Assembly: GCA_964016885.1 (NCBI GenBank)
Contig: OZ024751.1
Coordinates: 8,246,001 to 8,310,000 of the forward strand
Direction: 5' to 3'
DNA: 64,000 bases
From: Eledone cirrhosa
Lineage: Eukaryota
The notes under the pieces were generated by a model. That model saw only the letters and a program-made list of their open reading frames with translations. It was not told the DNA's origin and searched no databases. The stretch's first letter is position 1. Each line of letters begins with the position of its first letter. Positions 26,717 to 41,111 of this stretch are shown piece by piece. The translations under genes and the position numbers were made by a program.

Positions 26717-27024
26717 ACGAAAATAATACGTCAATATTAGGTGCGGTGAAAATAATTACACGTAAAGACAAAACCACGTTTAAGGTATAAATGAAGTCGT
26801 AGACTAATATTCTATTAGGTGGTTCATGGAGACGTTCTCTGACAATGAACGGAAAAAACAAAGATAATACATCGTTATGTGCTGCGGTGAGAACAATTAC
26901 ACGCAAAGACAAAACCACGTAAACGGTATAACGGAAGTCGTAGACTAAAATTCTATTTAGGAAACCGAATGATTCTTGGTATACACAAAATACACATAAA
27001 AATATTTATAAAAATATATATATA

Positions 27025-27078
<54 letters not shown>

Positions 27079-27492
27079 TATATATGTGTGTGTGTGTGTG
27101 TGAGTGTGCAGTATACATAATGTATATAAATATACACACATAAATACGTATATAACGCGCGCACACACATACCTACTTGTAAATACACATATGTTCGCGG
27201 ACTACGTCAAGCAAAACACAAAGTACACATATACACACCCGCATACTCACACATACGTGAGTTTCACGTATACACATAACCAAATGCACATGTACCAGTA
27301 TATGTAATATATACGCCATAACATATACAAGCAAATATACGAACGAGAAACTATAAGTACCTTCACAAAACATACAGGTAATATTTACTTACCTATACAA
27401 ATAAGTAATGGTATAAACATAACATATACTTAGCTACCACATGAAGACGGAAAATATCCGTGTATAGTTCGTACTATCCGTTAAAGTATAAT

Positions 27493-27672
27493 TGTTTCTA
27501 CTTTTGGCACAAGGCCAGTAATTACCCAGTACATTACTGGTACTTTATTTTATCGACCCCGTAAGGATGAAAGGCAAAGTTAACCTCGGCGGGATTTGAA
27601 CTCAGAATGGCAAGGGCCGTAACTCTATACGTCAAAGCATGGCGTCCGACCCTCTACCAACACTGCCAATCC
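27493..27672 (-). mobile_element. near full-length SINE A with 9-bp TSD
   Basis: aagtataat at 27484 and 27673. Confidence 0.88.
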
Positions 27673-27689
27673 AAGTATAATGTGGGGCT

Positions 27690-28099
27690 GTAATACAGGA
27701 AAGTGTTGTGCATTTTATGTTTACAAGCCGAAATTGCCTCAGATTTTTTGTTTAAGATGTGGTCTTTGGCGTGAGTATTTCCAGGGCCTCAGCGGCGCAT
27801 AGGTTTCATGATCTTTTATTTCCGGTATACGCTCAAGCCTCTGCTAGGATCTCCCAGTGTAATTTATATTGGGTGTGGTTGTCTTTTAGACTCCAGATAT
27901 AAGCTGAAAGTGAGGTCATATTCCTTCTTAAGGGGTTAAGAAAAGAATGGGTATGCATGTAAAGACGCTGCTTGAATCTATTGGCGGTTAACCCAATGTA
28001 GGCCGTACGGGACGTGGGTGTTTCAACCTTACATTTGTAGACAATGTTACTAGAGAGGCATTTCCCTGATAGAGGGCAGTCAACCCGATTCCTACAGTG
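27690..28099 (-). pseudogene. PLE GIY-YIG endonuclease fragment (Nematis-like)
   Basis: Manual translation HCRNRVDCPLSGKCLSSNIVYKCKVETPTSRTAYIGLTANRFKQRLYMHTHSF..TSLSAYIWSLK..WEILAEA*AYTGNKRS*NLCAAE..(frameshift)LNKKSEAISACKHK. Confidence 0.9.
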
Positions 28100-28150
28100 A
28101 AAGCAGCGATCCTTTGCTTAAACTTTAATCTGATATTTTAATAAATTAAG

Positions 28151-28446
<296 letters not shown>

Positions 28447-28460
28447 ATATATATATATAC

Positions 28461-28524
<64 letters not shown>

Positions 28525-28770
28525 TTACTCATATATTTTAACATGTAGGTCTGCACAACATTCATTTGTGAGGGGTTGAGTGTGTGATTAAATTACCTAA
28601 GAAGTATTGAAGTTTCCGTTGAAAATTGAAAAAGTCATATGAGTGAACAGTGCTCTATGTAAGTTACAGAGCTAAATTTAATGTATGATAAACAATACAA
28701 TATAATGACCTCATTGACAGAGGTTTCCCGAATGAGACGAATACAAGAAACGTCCGCATTCGTTCAATTG

Positions 28771-28838
28771 CCTTGTCTGACGAACGAATGCGGACGTTTC
28801 TTGTATTCGTCTCATTCGGGAAACCTCTGGTAATGCGG
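28771..28838 (+). ncRNA. hammerhead with extended stem II, in a 78-bp-arm inverted repeat (28688-28765 / 28782-28859)
   Basis: ccttgt-CTGACGA-acgaatgcggacg..cgtctcattcgg-GAAA-cctctgg-TA-atgcgg. Confidence 0.72.
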
Positions 28839-28862
28839 TCATTATATTGTATTGTTTATTCG

Positions 28863-28921
<59 letters not shown>

Positions 28922-29217
28922 GTGTATGCGTGGGATTCGATACATACGTGCGCATAGGTAGGTTTTAGTTTTCGTGTTCATTTTAACGGCATTGGTGTGG
29001 TTCAGTTGCCGCTTATATCTGACAATATTACTACTGACAATAAACAATAGATCCCATAAAGGACGGACATACAAAACGTTAAATTGTCTTCTACCCAGCA
29101 TAAAACATGTTCCCTTGTCAGAGATATTTTTTATTAGATATTGCCAACGGACAACATCTCTTGCCGCCTCCGAGATTATTGCTTTATCTGATTATATGTA
29201 TATCTGGATATATATAT

Positions 29218-29324
<107 letters not shown>

Positions 29325-29330
29325 CATATA

Positions 29331-29365
<35 letters not shown>

Positions 29366-29515
29366 ACATATATACATATATATATATGTGTGTGTATGTG
29401 TATGGATATACACATACATATATATATGTCTGTGTGTATATATATATGTATGTATGTATAAATATAAATATATATAATATATATATATGTATGTCTAAAA
29501 AAAAAATATATATAT

Positions 29516-29561
<46 letters not shown>

Positions 29562-29596
29562 TATATATATATATACATATAAGTATATATATATTG

Positions 29597-29628
<32 letters not shown>

Positions 29629-29686
29629 GGTATAAATATATATATATATAAATATATATATATATATTGAGGGGAGTGGTTGAGAA

Positions 29687-29720
<34 letters not shown>

Positions 29721-29977
29721 GGTGGGAGAATAGTTAGACTTTCAGTCAGAAATTTCTGGTCAAGTATAACCACCGATAAATGAATGGAAGGACAGTTTAT
29801 TTTCGTATTTCTCTCTCTTATGATCGAACGGACCATAAGTTTTCAATGTGTGCTCGTGTGTATACGTGGGTCTATGTATGTTTGACTTTTTTATGAATCT
29901 GTGACCATGTGTGCATTCATGTAGTAGTGTATTTAATTTTCGCGTATATATGCGTCCCGGATGTATGTAAATGTAAC

Positions 29978-30033
<56 letters not shown>

Positions 30034-30848
30034 TGTGTGTGTCTAAATAGATATACGCATATGCGTGTGTGTCCCTGCGTATGTTCATGCACTTTTGTGT
30101 GTATGCAAACATATAAAGACATACATTTACGTCTAAATTATTTATTGTGTCTACATTCCATCTTTCTTGTTGGAAAGATGTTCTCTTTATTAAATTCATA
30201 CTCCCTCCCTTTCAATGTATGTCTCCATATATTGTACATACTTACTGACATCCTTAGTTTTCGCTATATTACATCCTGTCTCCATGGACGATATAGCTAT
30301 CATAGTTTCATGTTAATGTTCTTCATTTGCAAACAATTTCTTTCACGCGTGTTGAATTTCATTAAACACACATTAAATATGCAATAATATGTGTGATCTA
30401 ACGAGAGTGACTCATTAATTTAGATGAAATTATTATTTTATTCATCTCTGGATAATAAACTAGCCGACAGGAATGAGAAACTTCTGTTTCAAATTAACTC
30501 CACATGATTCAAACCAGCAAGCGAGATCCCACTGTATCGATTGTCCCGCAAAAAGAAGTCTAATATATCCAATTCCTATGTCGACGTTTAAATAGAGTCA
30601 CACATTGAACAATACTATCAATGTCATACAAGCCTGAAAAACAGTGTCTTTACTCAAACTTTGCAACAATTTTATCGTTTGTCTGGGAACTCTGGAGTGA
30701 CATAACGACTAATGAGCGATTACATACCATCACAATGTATGTGACTGTCTTCAATCGATCCTGATACTATATACACAAAGACATACACACAGACACACAC
30801 ACACACCCACACACACCCATACACATACACACACACAGACACACAGAC

Positions 30849-30885
<37 letters not shown>

Positions 30886-30960
30886 TACACACAGACACAT
30901 ATATATATATATATATAACTAATATTAATATATGGAAACTCTCTTTATCAAACCATATTT

Positions 30961-31019
30961 ATTTTATTATATATATTTCAGGGGTACCAACAATTTGGTA
31001 CGCACTCATCAGATAAAAT
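30961..31019 (-). ncRNA. hammerhead ribozyme (family J)
   Basis: Minus attttat-CTGATGA-gtgcgtaccaa..ttggtacccct-GAAA-tatata-TA-ataaaat. Confidence 0.85.
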
Positions 31020-31324
31020 ACAAAAGTTGGTTTACCGATAGTGACATATTCAGACAAGAACTTTATGTTGTGAGTTCTATTTGAATAATGAAGAAAACTT
31101 CAAATAACAAGATATGCTAATGAGGATTACGTTAACACTAAAAAGATCGTTATGTTTAGACGCTAGCTAAATTTAAATAATCATTATGAATTTTTTTTTA
31201 TATAAGAAAAGGAAATAGAGGTTATTATTAGGATGGAAAAATATTTATGGAAAGATTTTAAGAAAAAAAGATATTAAAGTTATTAGCAGAATATTTATAG
31301 GAATGTACGTATATTATCCGATAT

Positions 31325-33285
31325 ATCCTGCTCTGAGCCGGTGTTACAGTAAAGCCAGGGTCCTGGTGTTTCTCCAGTGCAAGGCGCACACAATAGTCCA
31401 CTACGATGATAAAAAGGTAGGGAGCCAATGTATCTCCCGAGAGCACTCCAGCCAGTATCTCAATTAACTCTGTCATACCATCAGGTGTAATGAGCAGTGA
31501 TATCAGGTCCACTATTTTCTTGGGGATTCCATAAGCCTGTAAGATCTTCATCAGGCAGTGACGGTCCACAAAATCAAAGGCGTTCCTAACGTCAATGAAA
31601 ACCATGACCGCAGGAAGCCACTTTGCCCTAGCTCCTTCTAATATCCTCCTCAGCATCAGGATGTGACTGGTGGTTGATCTTCCCTATCTGAAGCCGTTCT
31701 GGTTGTCCCTGAGCTTCTTCTCCATCTCGGGCTGGATCCTTTTAAGAATCATCCTGTTGAGGGTATTTGCCACAAGTGACGTCAGTGAGATCCCCCTGTA
31801 GTTGTTGGTTTTAGAGAGATCACCCCTCTTTGGCACTGGGACGATGTTACTGATCCTCCACTGATTCGGGGCAACTCCCTTCTCCAATGACTGGTTACAA
31901 AACCCCAGGATGATATCATCAAAATCATATCTCTTCATCACCTCTGATGCCACTCCATATTCTCCATGAACCTTGCCCTCCTTGATCTTCTTCTTGGCTC
32001 TCTGAAGCTCCTCTCTGTTCAACGGCTCTGTCTCAATATCCAGTTCTTCAAACAGCCGCCTGATCTCCCCAGTGTCCTGGGCTGTGGAGGGCGACTCTCT
32101 TAGTAGGGTCCTAACTAAAAGGATCTAGCCATTTCCCCTTCCTATCCTCGGGCCATGTTCCCTGGATCTGACTCGAACACCTTCTCTTTCTCCCTGTGAT
32201 CTCGTTGATGGTCATGCAGCTCTCCTTACTCCAGACCTGCCAACCGCTCTCTCCACACTTCTCAACTTCCTATCAGTGCCTCCTCTCTGGCCACAGTGTA
32301 AGCGGTACAGATTTCTTTCCTCATAAATTCCACATTCTCCTTCCTCTCCTCCGTAGAATCAGCATATGATTGGTCCTTGGCAGCTTTCAGGTGTTCTCTG
32401 GCTGCACACATTTTTGCGTCTGCAGAGCTGACGTGCTTGCTTTTGGTCTTTCACTTCGGCACAAGGGTCTCACTTCCGCCACCTCATATCGGATGCTGAA
32501 TTATCCGAAGACATAGTTTTGGTGACACATACAGTGAAGGAGGCAGAGGATTTGATGCAGGAAGTTTAGACTGTGTCGATGAGTGTGTGTGTGTGGGGGT
32601 GGTGGTCTGAGAATGAATGTGACTAAGACAAAATGTCTGGTAGAGAATGTTGAGAAGCCAGAGGGGATTACTAATGTAGGCGGGAAGCCGCTGGAACTAG
32701 TTGAGGACTTTCTGCATTTGGGAGCAAAGATTCGGAATAGGAAGATGTTGTGGTTGAGAGGAAGAGCAAAGCCGAGGCGGTGTGCCACAGTTTGAAATTG
32801 GTGTGGAAGTCGGACCTTCCTGAAGACTTGAAGATCCGCCTCTTCATTGCTGTAGTGGAGTCTGTGCTGCTGTACCGGTCTGAGACTTGGACACTGACCA
32901 AGAAGCTCAGTCATATGTTGGATGGGTGCTACACAAGAATGCTGAGGATGGCTCTGAACATTGATCAGTATACACTGAGGATGAAAAACTCAAAGCTGTA
33001 TAGGAGCCTCGCAAGAGTCAGCTCAAAAGTGACACAGAGGAGACTGAGATTAGCTGGACATGGTCACATACATCCAGAGTTGACACTGCACTCAGTGCCC
33101 CTGTGGGAGCCCCTGCATGGACACACTGGAAGAGGAAGACCGAGGTTAACGTATGTTGATACACTGAGGACAGACAATGGTCTCTTGGTGACGCAGGACA
33201 TGGCAGCGAGAATGAGAGAAAGAGACCGCTGGAGAGAACTCGTCCATGGATCTCGGGAATTTTACCCGCCCTATATAGATAGATA
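31325..33285. mobile_element. RTE-type LINE, 5'-truncated with 5' inversion
   Basis: Minus 32485->31325 encodes NYRGISLTS, DNQNGFR and GVL.GDTLAPYLF; plus 32486->33285 continues with the decayed catalytic motif (SDAELSED) through the C-terminus and a (TAGA)n tail. Confidence 0.9.
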
Positions 33286-33782
33286 GACATATATAATTGT
33301 CCGGATAATATGTGTAGGGGTGTAGAGAGAATGAAATAATTATATTTATTTTTATTTATTTTATTGTTTAATTATTTATTTTGGAAGTATTTATAATATA
33401 ATGTGTGAATTATAAATAATTGTGTTAAAGTGGTTGAATATTAATTAAAAATGTGAAAGGTCTCTTGTATTTATATATACGATTGGGTCTATTGTATTAG
33501 TGTGTTTTAATAGTATGAAGATTACAGTTATAAGTATATTTTATTATATTATAAGAGGTTAGTTGTATATATATATAAATAGTTTTGGTGAGTATATATG
33601 TAATTTATTTAATGGATAAATAATTTAGATAGCTTTATACAAGTGTTATGATATGTTGGGCGAAGTATGTTTCCATTTTCCCTATATGGCTTAAGAATAT
33701 GGAAGAAATTCTATTTTAGAATATATTTAAGATGTATATTATTTTGTATATTCTATATATTGCCTCAAGATAGAAATAAATT

Positions 33783-33991
<209 letters not shown>

Positions 33992-34334
33992 GTGTGTACA
34001 GTAGAGATTGTGTTGGTAAAAACAGGGGCAAATAGGAGAGAACTCTCTTCGTAATTTGTAGTTATGATGGAGATTCAGTACAAGAATAAAATTAACAAAG
34101 ATTCTGAAGGCACATAATGATTATTTCAACGGTTCTCTTATGCAATCTGATATGAAATTCATCCATTTGTTGTTATGAGAACGATATCCTCAGATAAAAA
34201 CCGATTTGGGTATATGCCGTAGGGAAAACAATTACGTCCTCTTGTCGTGCGCCAGATTACATATGTATACACGATTTATATAACGTCAGAATCTTTCTTA
34301 ATGTTACTCTTATATATAGAGTATATATATATAT

Positions 34335-34474
34335 GGGAAAATTATCAGGACCCCGATGGCTGACGTCAGCCGTCGGAGTCCTGACACCTTTCCTATTACC
34401 CACTCTACTACTCAAAGTATCGAGTTCTCTGGTTGTTCTGGTCCCCCTAGTATCTTACCACACCTTCTTTGTTA
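34335..34474 (+). mobile_element. family H element with shorter fold-back
   Basis: tcaggaccccgatggctga-cg-tcagccgtcggagtcctga hairpin followed by the cctattacccactctac tail. Confidence 0.75.
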
Positions 34475-35018
34475 TATATATATATATATTATATATATAT
34501 ATATTTGTTATATATAACTGGCTGCCCAAGTAAAATGGTAGTGTTTATATCTTTCCTTATCTGGTGGTAGAAGAGGGTGGGGATCGGGATGGGTGTAGGT
34601 CATTGGTTGAAGAAATTAAGGAAAAGGGAATTCATTAAAAACTAATTCTTTAAAGCCATAACATTAACAAAAGCAGAAAGAATACAGTAAGCAAGTTCAA
34701 AGTTGGAATATCAATCGTTGTTTAACACTTAGACTAACAATGCCTGTAAGACAGGTGTCTACATGATGGGTGGGGTTCAATGGTTTAAAGAAAAGGGAAA
34801 TTCTTTAGAAGCTAATTCTTTAAGCCTGAAATAAGGGTGACAAAGGCAGAAATATATATATATATATTTAAAAGAATAGAGGTGTAACACACGAGTTAAG
34901 ATATATTGGTAAATGGAAAAGAAAATGCTGACAAATTGTTCCCAGTGAAAAATAGTTTAATTAGGAATAAGTAAAAATTACTAATAAGTATTGGTTAGTA
35001 TTCAGTTTTGGTTTCAAG

Positions 35019-35054
35019 TTTTTACCGGTTGCGCATTTCTAATGCTTTTCAAAA
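35019..35054 (-). ncRNA. decayed U3-A8 hammerhead
   Basis: Minus TTGAAAA-gcatt aga aatgc-GCAA-ccgg-TA; A13 is mutated. Confidence 0.55.
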
Positions 35055-35085
35055 TTAATTTTGAGATAGAGCGCCGTGATGTTTG

Positions 35086-35154
<69 letters not shown>

Positions 35155-35575
35155 TAGTTAGGTAAGCAACAGCAGTTACAGGCGGTGGCTCATTCGATGC
35201 ACCCGATGTTGTTACGAACTCCGTTTCGTTCGGCTTGTATTATAGTGTTACAGCTGAATAATTAAGATATGTGTGTGTGTGTGAGAGCGTGTCGGTATGT
35301 GTGTTTGTTTGTTTTATCCATTGTGCTAGTTATTTGTATATTTCTAGGATGCACATTTTTGTGTCAGTGTAAATGCGGAAACATTGAATTGAGTTAAATA
35401 TTTAAACAAACAGTTATGCTTGATTGGCGGATACTGTCGAGATCCGAAAAACTATTTGAATGTAGTAGAATATAGTTGAGATATTTCGGATGTGAGGTGG
35501 ATACAATTATGCTTATGATGTTTATACTTCCAGCGCTTGAACATATATGCGGTTTGCATTTTAATTAGGGTGGAT

Positions 35576-35626
<51 letters not shown>

Positions 35627-35691
35627 TTCGTGGTGGTGGTGATGGTCGTCGTCGTCGTTGTTGTAGCAGCAGCAGAAGCAGCAGCAACAAC

Positions 35692-35764
<73 letters not shown>

Positions 35765-35792
35765 ATAGTTAGAACAGCAGCAGTAGTAGTAG
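35576..35792. repeat. compound (TAG)n/(GTG)n/(CAG)n trinucleotide repeat
   Basis: Directly visible. Confidence 0.95.
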
Positions 35793-36136
35793 CAATAAGC
35801 AAATATTAACATAATTGAATAATGATAATCTAAATTTTGCCTGAATATATATGAATAAATATATAAATACGAGAATGTAAGTGTGTGCGCATCCGTGTCT
35901 TTTTATTCCTGTTTCTGTGTTGATATATGCATGTATGTTAGTCAATAAACAATCATATTTGTGATCTATTTCACTCCGTTAAGTCGTGATGTAGCCTAAC
36001 AAATTTCATTATTTCTCTCTTCTTGCTTTTTTGTATTGTTGTTATCACAAACATCAAAAACTTCACAAATAACATTAGAGTTCTTCGTCTATGAATAGTT
36101 CCAGGAAATGACAAAATATTATTTATCTATTATTAA

Positions 36137-36173
<37 letters not shown>

Positions 36174-36217
36174 TATAGATATATATATGTGTGTGTGTGT
36201 GTGTGTTTATGTATGTA

Positions 36218-36255
<38 letters not shown>

Positions 36256-36296
36256 ATATGTATATATATATGTATATATATATATATGTTATATGT

Positions 36297-36427
<131 letters not shown>

Positions 36428-37873
36428 GTAATCAAATATACAAAACTAAAAAATGTAATAATATATATACTTACATTTATATACATTTATTATATATTCT
36501 TCATGTAGACATATTTGCTTCTGGCATCATGTTACACCTCATGTGACTTGCAACTTTATACATTTTAATTGTGTGAAACAACAAATTTTATTCTATTTAG
36601 TTTTGTTTTCAAATATTTTATTGTGTCATACAAGAATTATGAGTTTTGGCTTCGTTTTCAACCTTACTCAGAAAGCAAAATTAAATCATCTGAAGAATTC
36701 TCTATGACAACAATACTGTCTGCCCCAAGACTGTCAATTGAATACATCTACTTCAGAATTGAAGGGCAGAGAGATGGTAAACAAATGTAACACTTGTATG
36801 TCACTGTGCGATATTCAAATGTCCATTCAAATGCATGCATTCTCGTATTTATGTATTATCGACACGGACACAAAGCCTCAGTTTTAAGGCAGGCCTGTCA
36901 ATTCCCCACGTCCGACGGAGAGATCTCCCACCCATTTTGGTGTGGGTGAGATATGTCTTCACTTATGAAAATGGGTATAGCTTTCATTATGTATAATCTC
37001 CCCAGTTTGCCTCATTTCTCCCCGCTTTGAGGCACTTATTTTCATGGTACTCCCTGTTTGGGTATATAAAGTTTGGTAGCTCTTTTAAGGAATGGCTGGC
37101 ATGACTGATGAAAGCGACGCCAGTATTTGACTGGCAATTTATCATATCTCGAGAAGAAATGTAACGCATGTTACATCTTCATCTAATATTAATATTCCAT
37201 TTCTCTAGTACTCACTGCACCTTGTCTCAGTCCGTCAGTGGTCTCATTTTACCAAATTGTTTTATTACTTGAATGAGTTACTAAGTTGCTAATGCTGAAG
37301 TAAATTCATTCCACCTGCCACAACGAGAGGTGAAACGTAAGATTCAGTCTGCCTCGTGAGTCCGGCAGATGGGATGGAAAACACATTGCCACGGTGGAGG
37401 ACCATGGCGATGGGGTGGAGGACCATGGCGATACGCTGGTATCAGCCACTCTAAGACGCGGGGCTTGCACATGCAGGCAGCCAACGCTGTGTGGGTTTAT
37501 TGTTTATGCTGTTGTTATCTAGGTTCAGGTTATCATTAACCTAAGCGTCTTTTAATGAAGGATACCATAGCCGCTATCATGGAACTGCCTGTTGTATATG
37601 TAAATCTATATTTGTAAATCATGACTACAAAGCTGCTCACACGTTGGCTCTGTGAATATGATTTATTTAGATGGGAACGTTACTGAAATAAAAAAAATAA
37701 GCATCATATTCAACATCATAGTAGTGTACAAGTGTTAAAATCTATAAAGAAAGTAAAGTGAAGTGTTATAAATAGTTTATTTTCCATTCACTTCAATTGA
37801 CATATGAAAATGAAATAGATTGCATATTATATGATAGCCACTTCAGTAGTGTATATTAATACAGATCGGGGGC

Positions 37874-37955
<82 letters not shown>

Positions 37956-39213
37956 TGGGCGTGGTGGTGTATGTGTATATTTGCAAAGGTTCTGTTTTAA
38001 ATTTTTAATTAAATATTCTCATGCATATTTGTGAAGACCTAAAATTGTTAATAATTCAAAATTAATATTTCAGATTAATATTAAGGATAAATTATTTATG
38101 AATTTATCATGATGTTATGTAAATAGTGGCAATGAGTACATCTAATATAGGGTTACGCCAATATATAATATACATTCATTCATTTGGTGTTGGTGTGTAA
38201 CCTTAACCCCACCTAATGGAATAGTCCTGTCATGATCAACCTATTTTTATTACTATAGCCCAGGTTACATTATGCCATATCTGGCTGTTGTTTTCAGTCC
38301 GTTGCCGGTTGCTTTATTATAATTCTGCTACCTAGAGATATGTTACAATGTATCAGTAGTAAAGCATAACGTTAAGCAGGTTATGATTTGCCACCCCCAC
38401 CCCAACCCCCTTCATGTCATGCAGTTTTCTGGAATATCTCCTTTGGTGAGATGTTGTTACTATACACACATGTTCTCCCATAAAACAAAATGCTCAAACA
38501 TATACAGACTGAATGCAATCGTATTCTCTTAAATACACATTTAGTTTTATTTGCAAGTAACACTATTTTGTTCATTTTCTGGGGGTTTGTTTCCTGTTAC
38601 ACGTTATTTTACAAGCGACCAAAGCAATCAATGTGTTTGTCTTGTTTTTATATTCTGTCGAGGCAATACAATAAAGTACAATTAAAGGCTTGTTAATTAA
38701 CTCTAGCGAAGAAATTATTCCGTGCAACTGTCGATATTGAGACGCCTGTGAATGCCAGAAATATGTTGATAATAGAATTAAATCATTCAGTGGTAAACAG
38801 AAAATGCTGGCTATGCATAAGTTTCCGCCAGTATGTCGTGACAATGAATGTATCAGAAGAAGAAAAATCCCACAACCAATAAAAATTAAAATATCATACA
38901 CATGGATGTGAAACTAATGTACAAATATTGCATTTTCTTCATAGTTCTTTATTGTTTTCGATGAATGCAAGACATTTTATCAAATATAATGTAGAGTATT
39001 TAATAACTATAGGTATAATCTTCTCATAATGTTATTGATATTAGATACAAAAGAGGAGGAGAATAATAATAATTTCTTTTGGGAAAGAATTGAATAGCAC
39101 TAGATTTTAATAGAAATCACTACAGACTGACTAATATATATTGATATTGTTATTACTTTTCACATAGTGCAAAAACAAATATATGTATGTACACATACAC
39201 ACACACACGCATA

Positions 39214-39244
<31 letters not shown>

Positions 39245-39337
39245 CCATACATACATACACACACGCACGCACACACATCTATATATATGTAAATATATAT
39301 CGGTGGAAGTATATATGTGTGTATATGCAAGTATGTT

Positions 39338-39408
<71 letters not shown>

Positions 39409-39447
39409 GTAAGTATATACATGTAAATACATAAATATATATATGCC

Positions 39448-39485
<38 letters not shown>

Positions 39486-39497
39486 TATATATATTTT

Positions 39498-39559
<62 letters not shown>

Positions 39560-40558
39560 ATGCGCACGAGTGTTTGTGTATCTAGGCATAAATAAGCATC
39601 CACATATTTATGCACATATATTACATAGTCATTGGCTAAAACTTTTCAGAATCTCCGTTAAAATTCTCCATGTGTGTCGAAGAAAAATAAGAAATATAAG
39701 TTCAACTCATGATAAGCAAAGATGTCAGATTTAACAATAGCTTAATTGAAATTCTGATGAAACAATGTAACTACTATAAAGTGTAGCGGATATTTTACAT
39801 ATTACATATTACATAAGTATTCAGTGTTTCCTCAGAATGGAAATACTAAATATAAAAGGAATGTTACAAATAAACGCAGATGTTTGAAATCTACAGAAAT
39901 CGAGGTGAACATTACAACTAAGATATACAAGTTTTTACACATACACACAGACACAGACAGAGACACACACATAAATACAGACACACCGACACACACACAC
40001 ATATACACACAACCACACACACACATATATATATATATATAAAGATCGTTGAGTAATGCTGTTGATTACGGGGGGTGGCACCAATATGCTACATTAGACG
40101 GTATATATAACGTATGAGATAACCATTGATATGCGAGAAATAGAAACATTTTGAAATTTCTGTATCTCATGCACAATATATTGCATATATATATATATTA
40201 TTGAGTAATACGACTAGCGGAACGACTGGCGAAACGACTGGCGGAACGACTTGCGAAATCGTCAACGTTTCCTTTCTGCAATCTCTATGTACATTTCACT
40301 GGCGCACCAACAAACATAACTATGTATGTAGGTATGGAGATCTCTCTATGTATGTATATGGAGATCTCTCTGCACTTGTCTTCACAGGGTACCATGGGCC
40401 CAGCACTATGTGTCAATAATTGTCACAAGTGTAGTGTTTGTACCAGAGTTTTCAAGTCGCTGGCTGGACTAAAAAGTCACACTCGTTCAGCGCATCGCTA
40501 GGGGTTCTCCTACATGGATATAAAGTGGTGGCCGTACTCGAAAACGAGGTGGCAGCCA

Positions 40559-40662
<104 letters not shown>

Positions 40663-40738
40663 ATATATATATACACAAAAATATATGTATATATTAAAAA
40701 TATTAATAAATAGTAAATATCTTTATCAAACCATATTT

Positions 40739-40796
40739 ATTTAATATACGTATTTCAATGGTATTAATATTTAAGTACGCCTTCGTCAGATAAAAT
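40739..40796 (-). ncRNA. hammerhead ribozyme (family J, partly decayed)
   Basis: Minus attttat-CTGACGA-aggcgtac..taccatt-GAAA-tacgta-TA-ttaaat. Confidence 0.68.
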
Positions 40797-40801
40797 ATAA
40801 T

Positions 40802-40897
40802 TGTTTCTACTTTAGGCACAAGGCCAGCAAATAACCAGTGCATTACTGGTACTTTATTTTATCGACCCCGTAAGGATGAAAGGCAAAGTCAACCTCT
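40802..40897 (-). mobile_element. 5'-truncated SINE A with 16-bp TSD
   Basis: tcagataaaatataat at 40786 and 40898. Confidence 0.88.
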
Positions 40898-41111
40898 TCA
40901 GATAAAATATAATATTTGCTGTTAAGATGGTGAAATATCTTCGTGTGAACTTAATGGTATAAGCCCAATAAAGATAGCGATTGAAAAATTCAGAATGCAT
41001 GGATATATGTTAATGAGGATACTTTAAAACAGAAAAAAAGCCGTTAAATTTAGACGCTTGATAAATTTTGAAAAATATCCTCGTTTATATCGTTTATCGG
41101 GTTATTATTAT

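Larger units (their letters stand above)
26428..28148 (-). mobile_element. interrupted Nematis-like PLE relic: GIY-YIG plus family I 3' region, with an inverted terminal piece
   Basis: GIY-YIG at 27690-28099; family I subrepeats at 26720-26975 in the same orientation; + strand HHR 3' half at 28097-28148; SINE insertions inside. Confidence 0.65.

Noticed and set aside
35452-35812. Poly-Thr/Val/Tyr ORFs
   Set aside because: (TAG)n microsatellite.
38707-38791. Possible exon AKKLFRATVDIETPVNARN...
   Set aside because: Weak acceptor and no recognisable homology.
40210-40258. 12-bp tandem repeat acgactggcg(g/a)a, CRISPR-like at first glance
   Set aside because: No spacers; a simple minisatellite in eukaryotic DNA.
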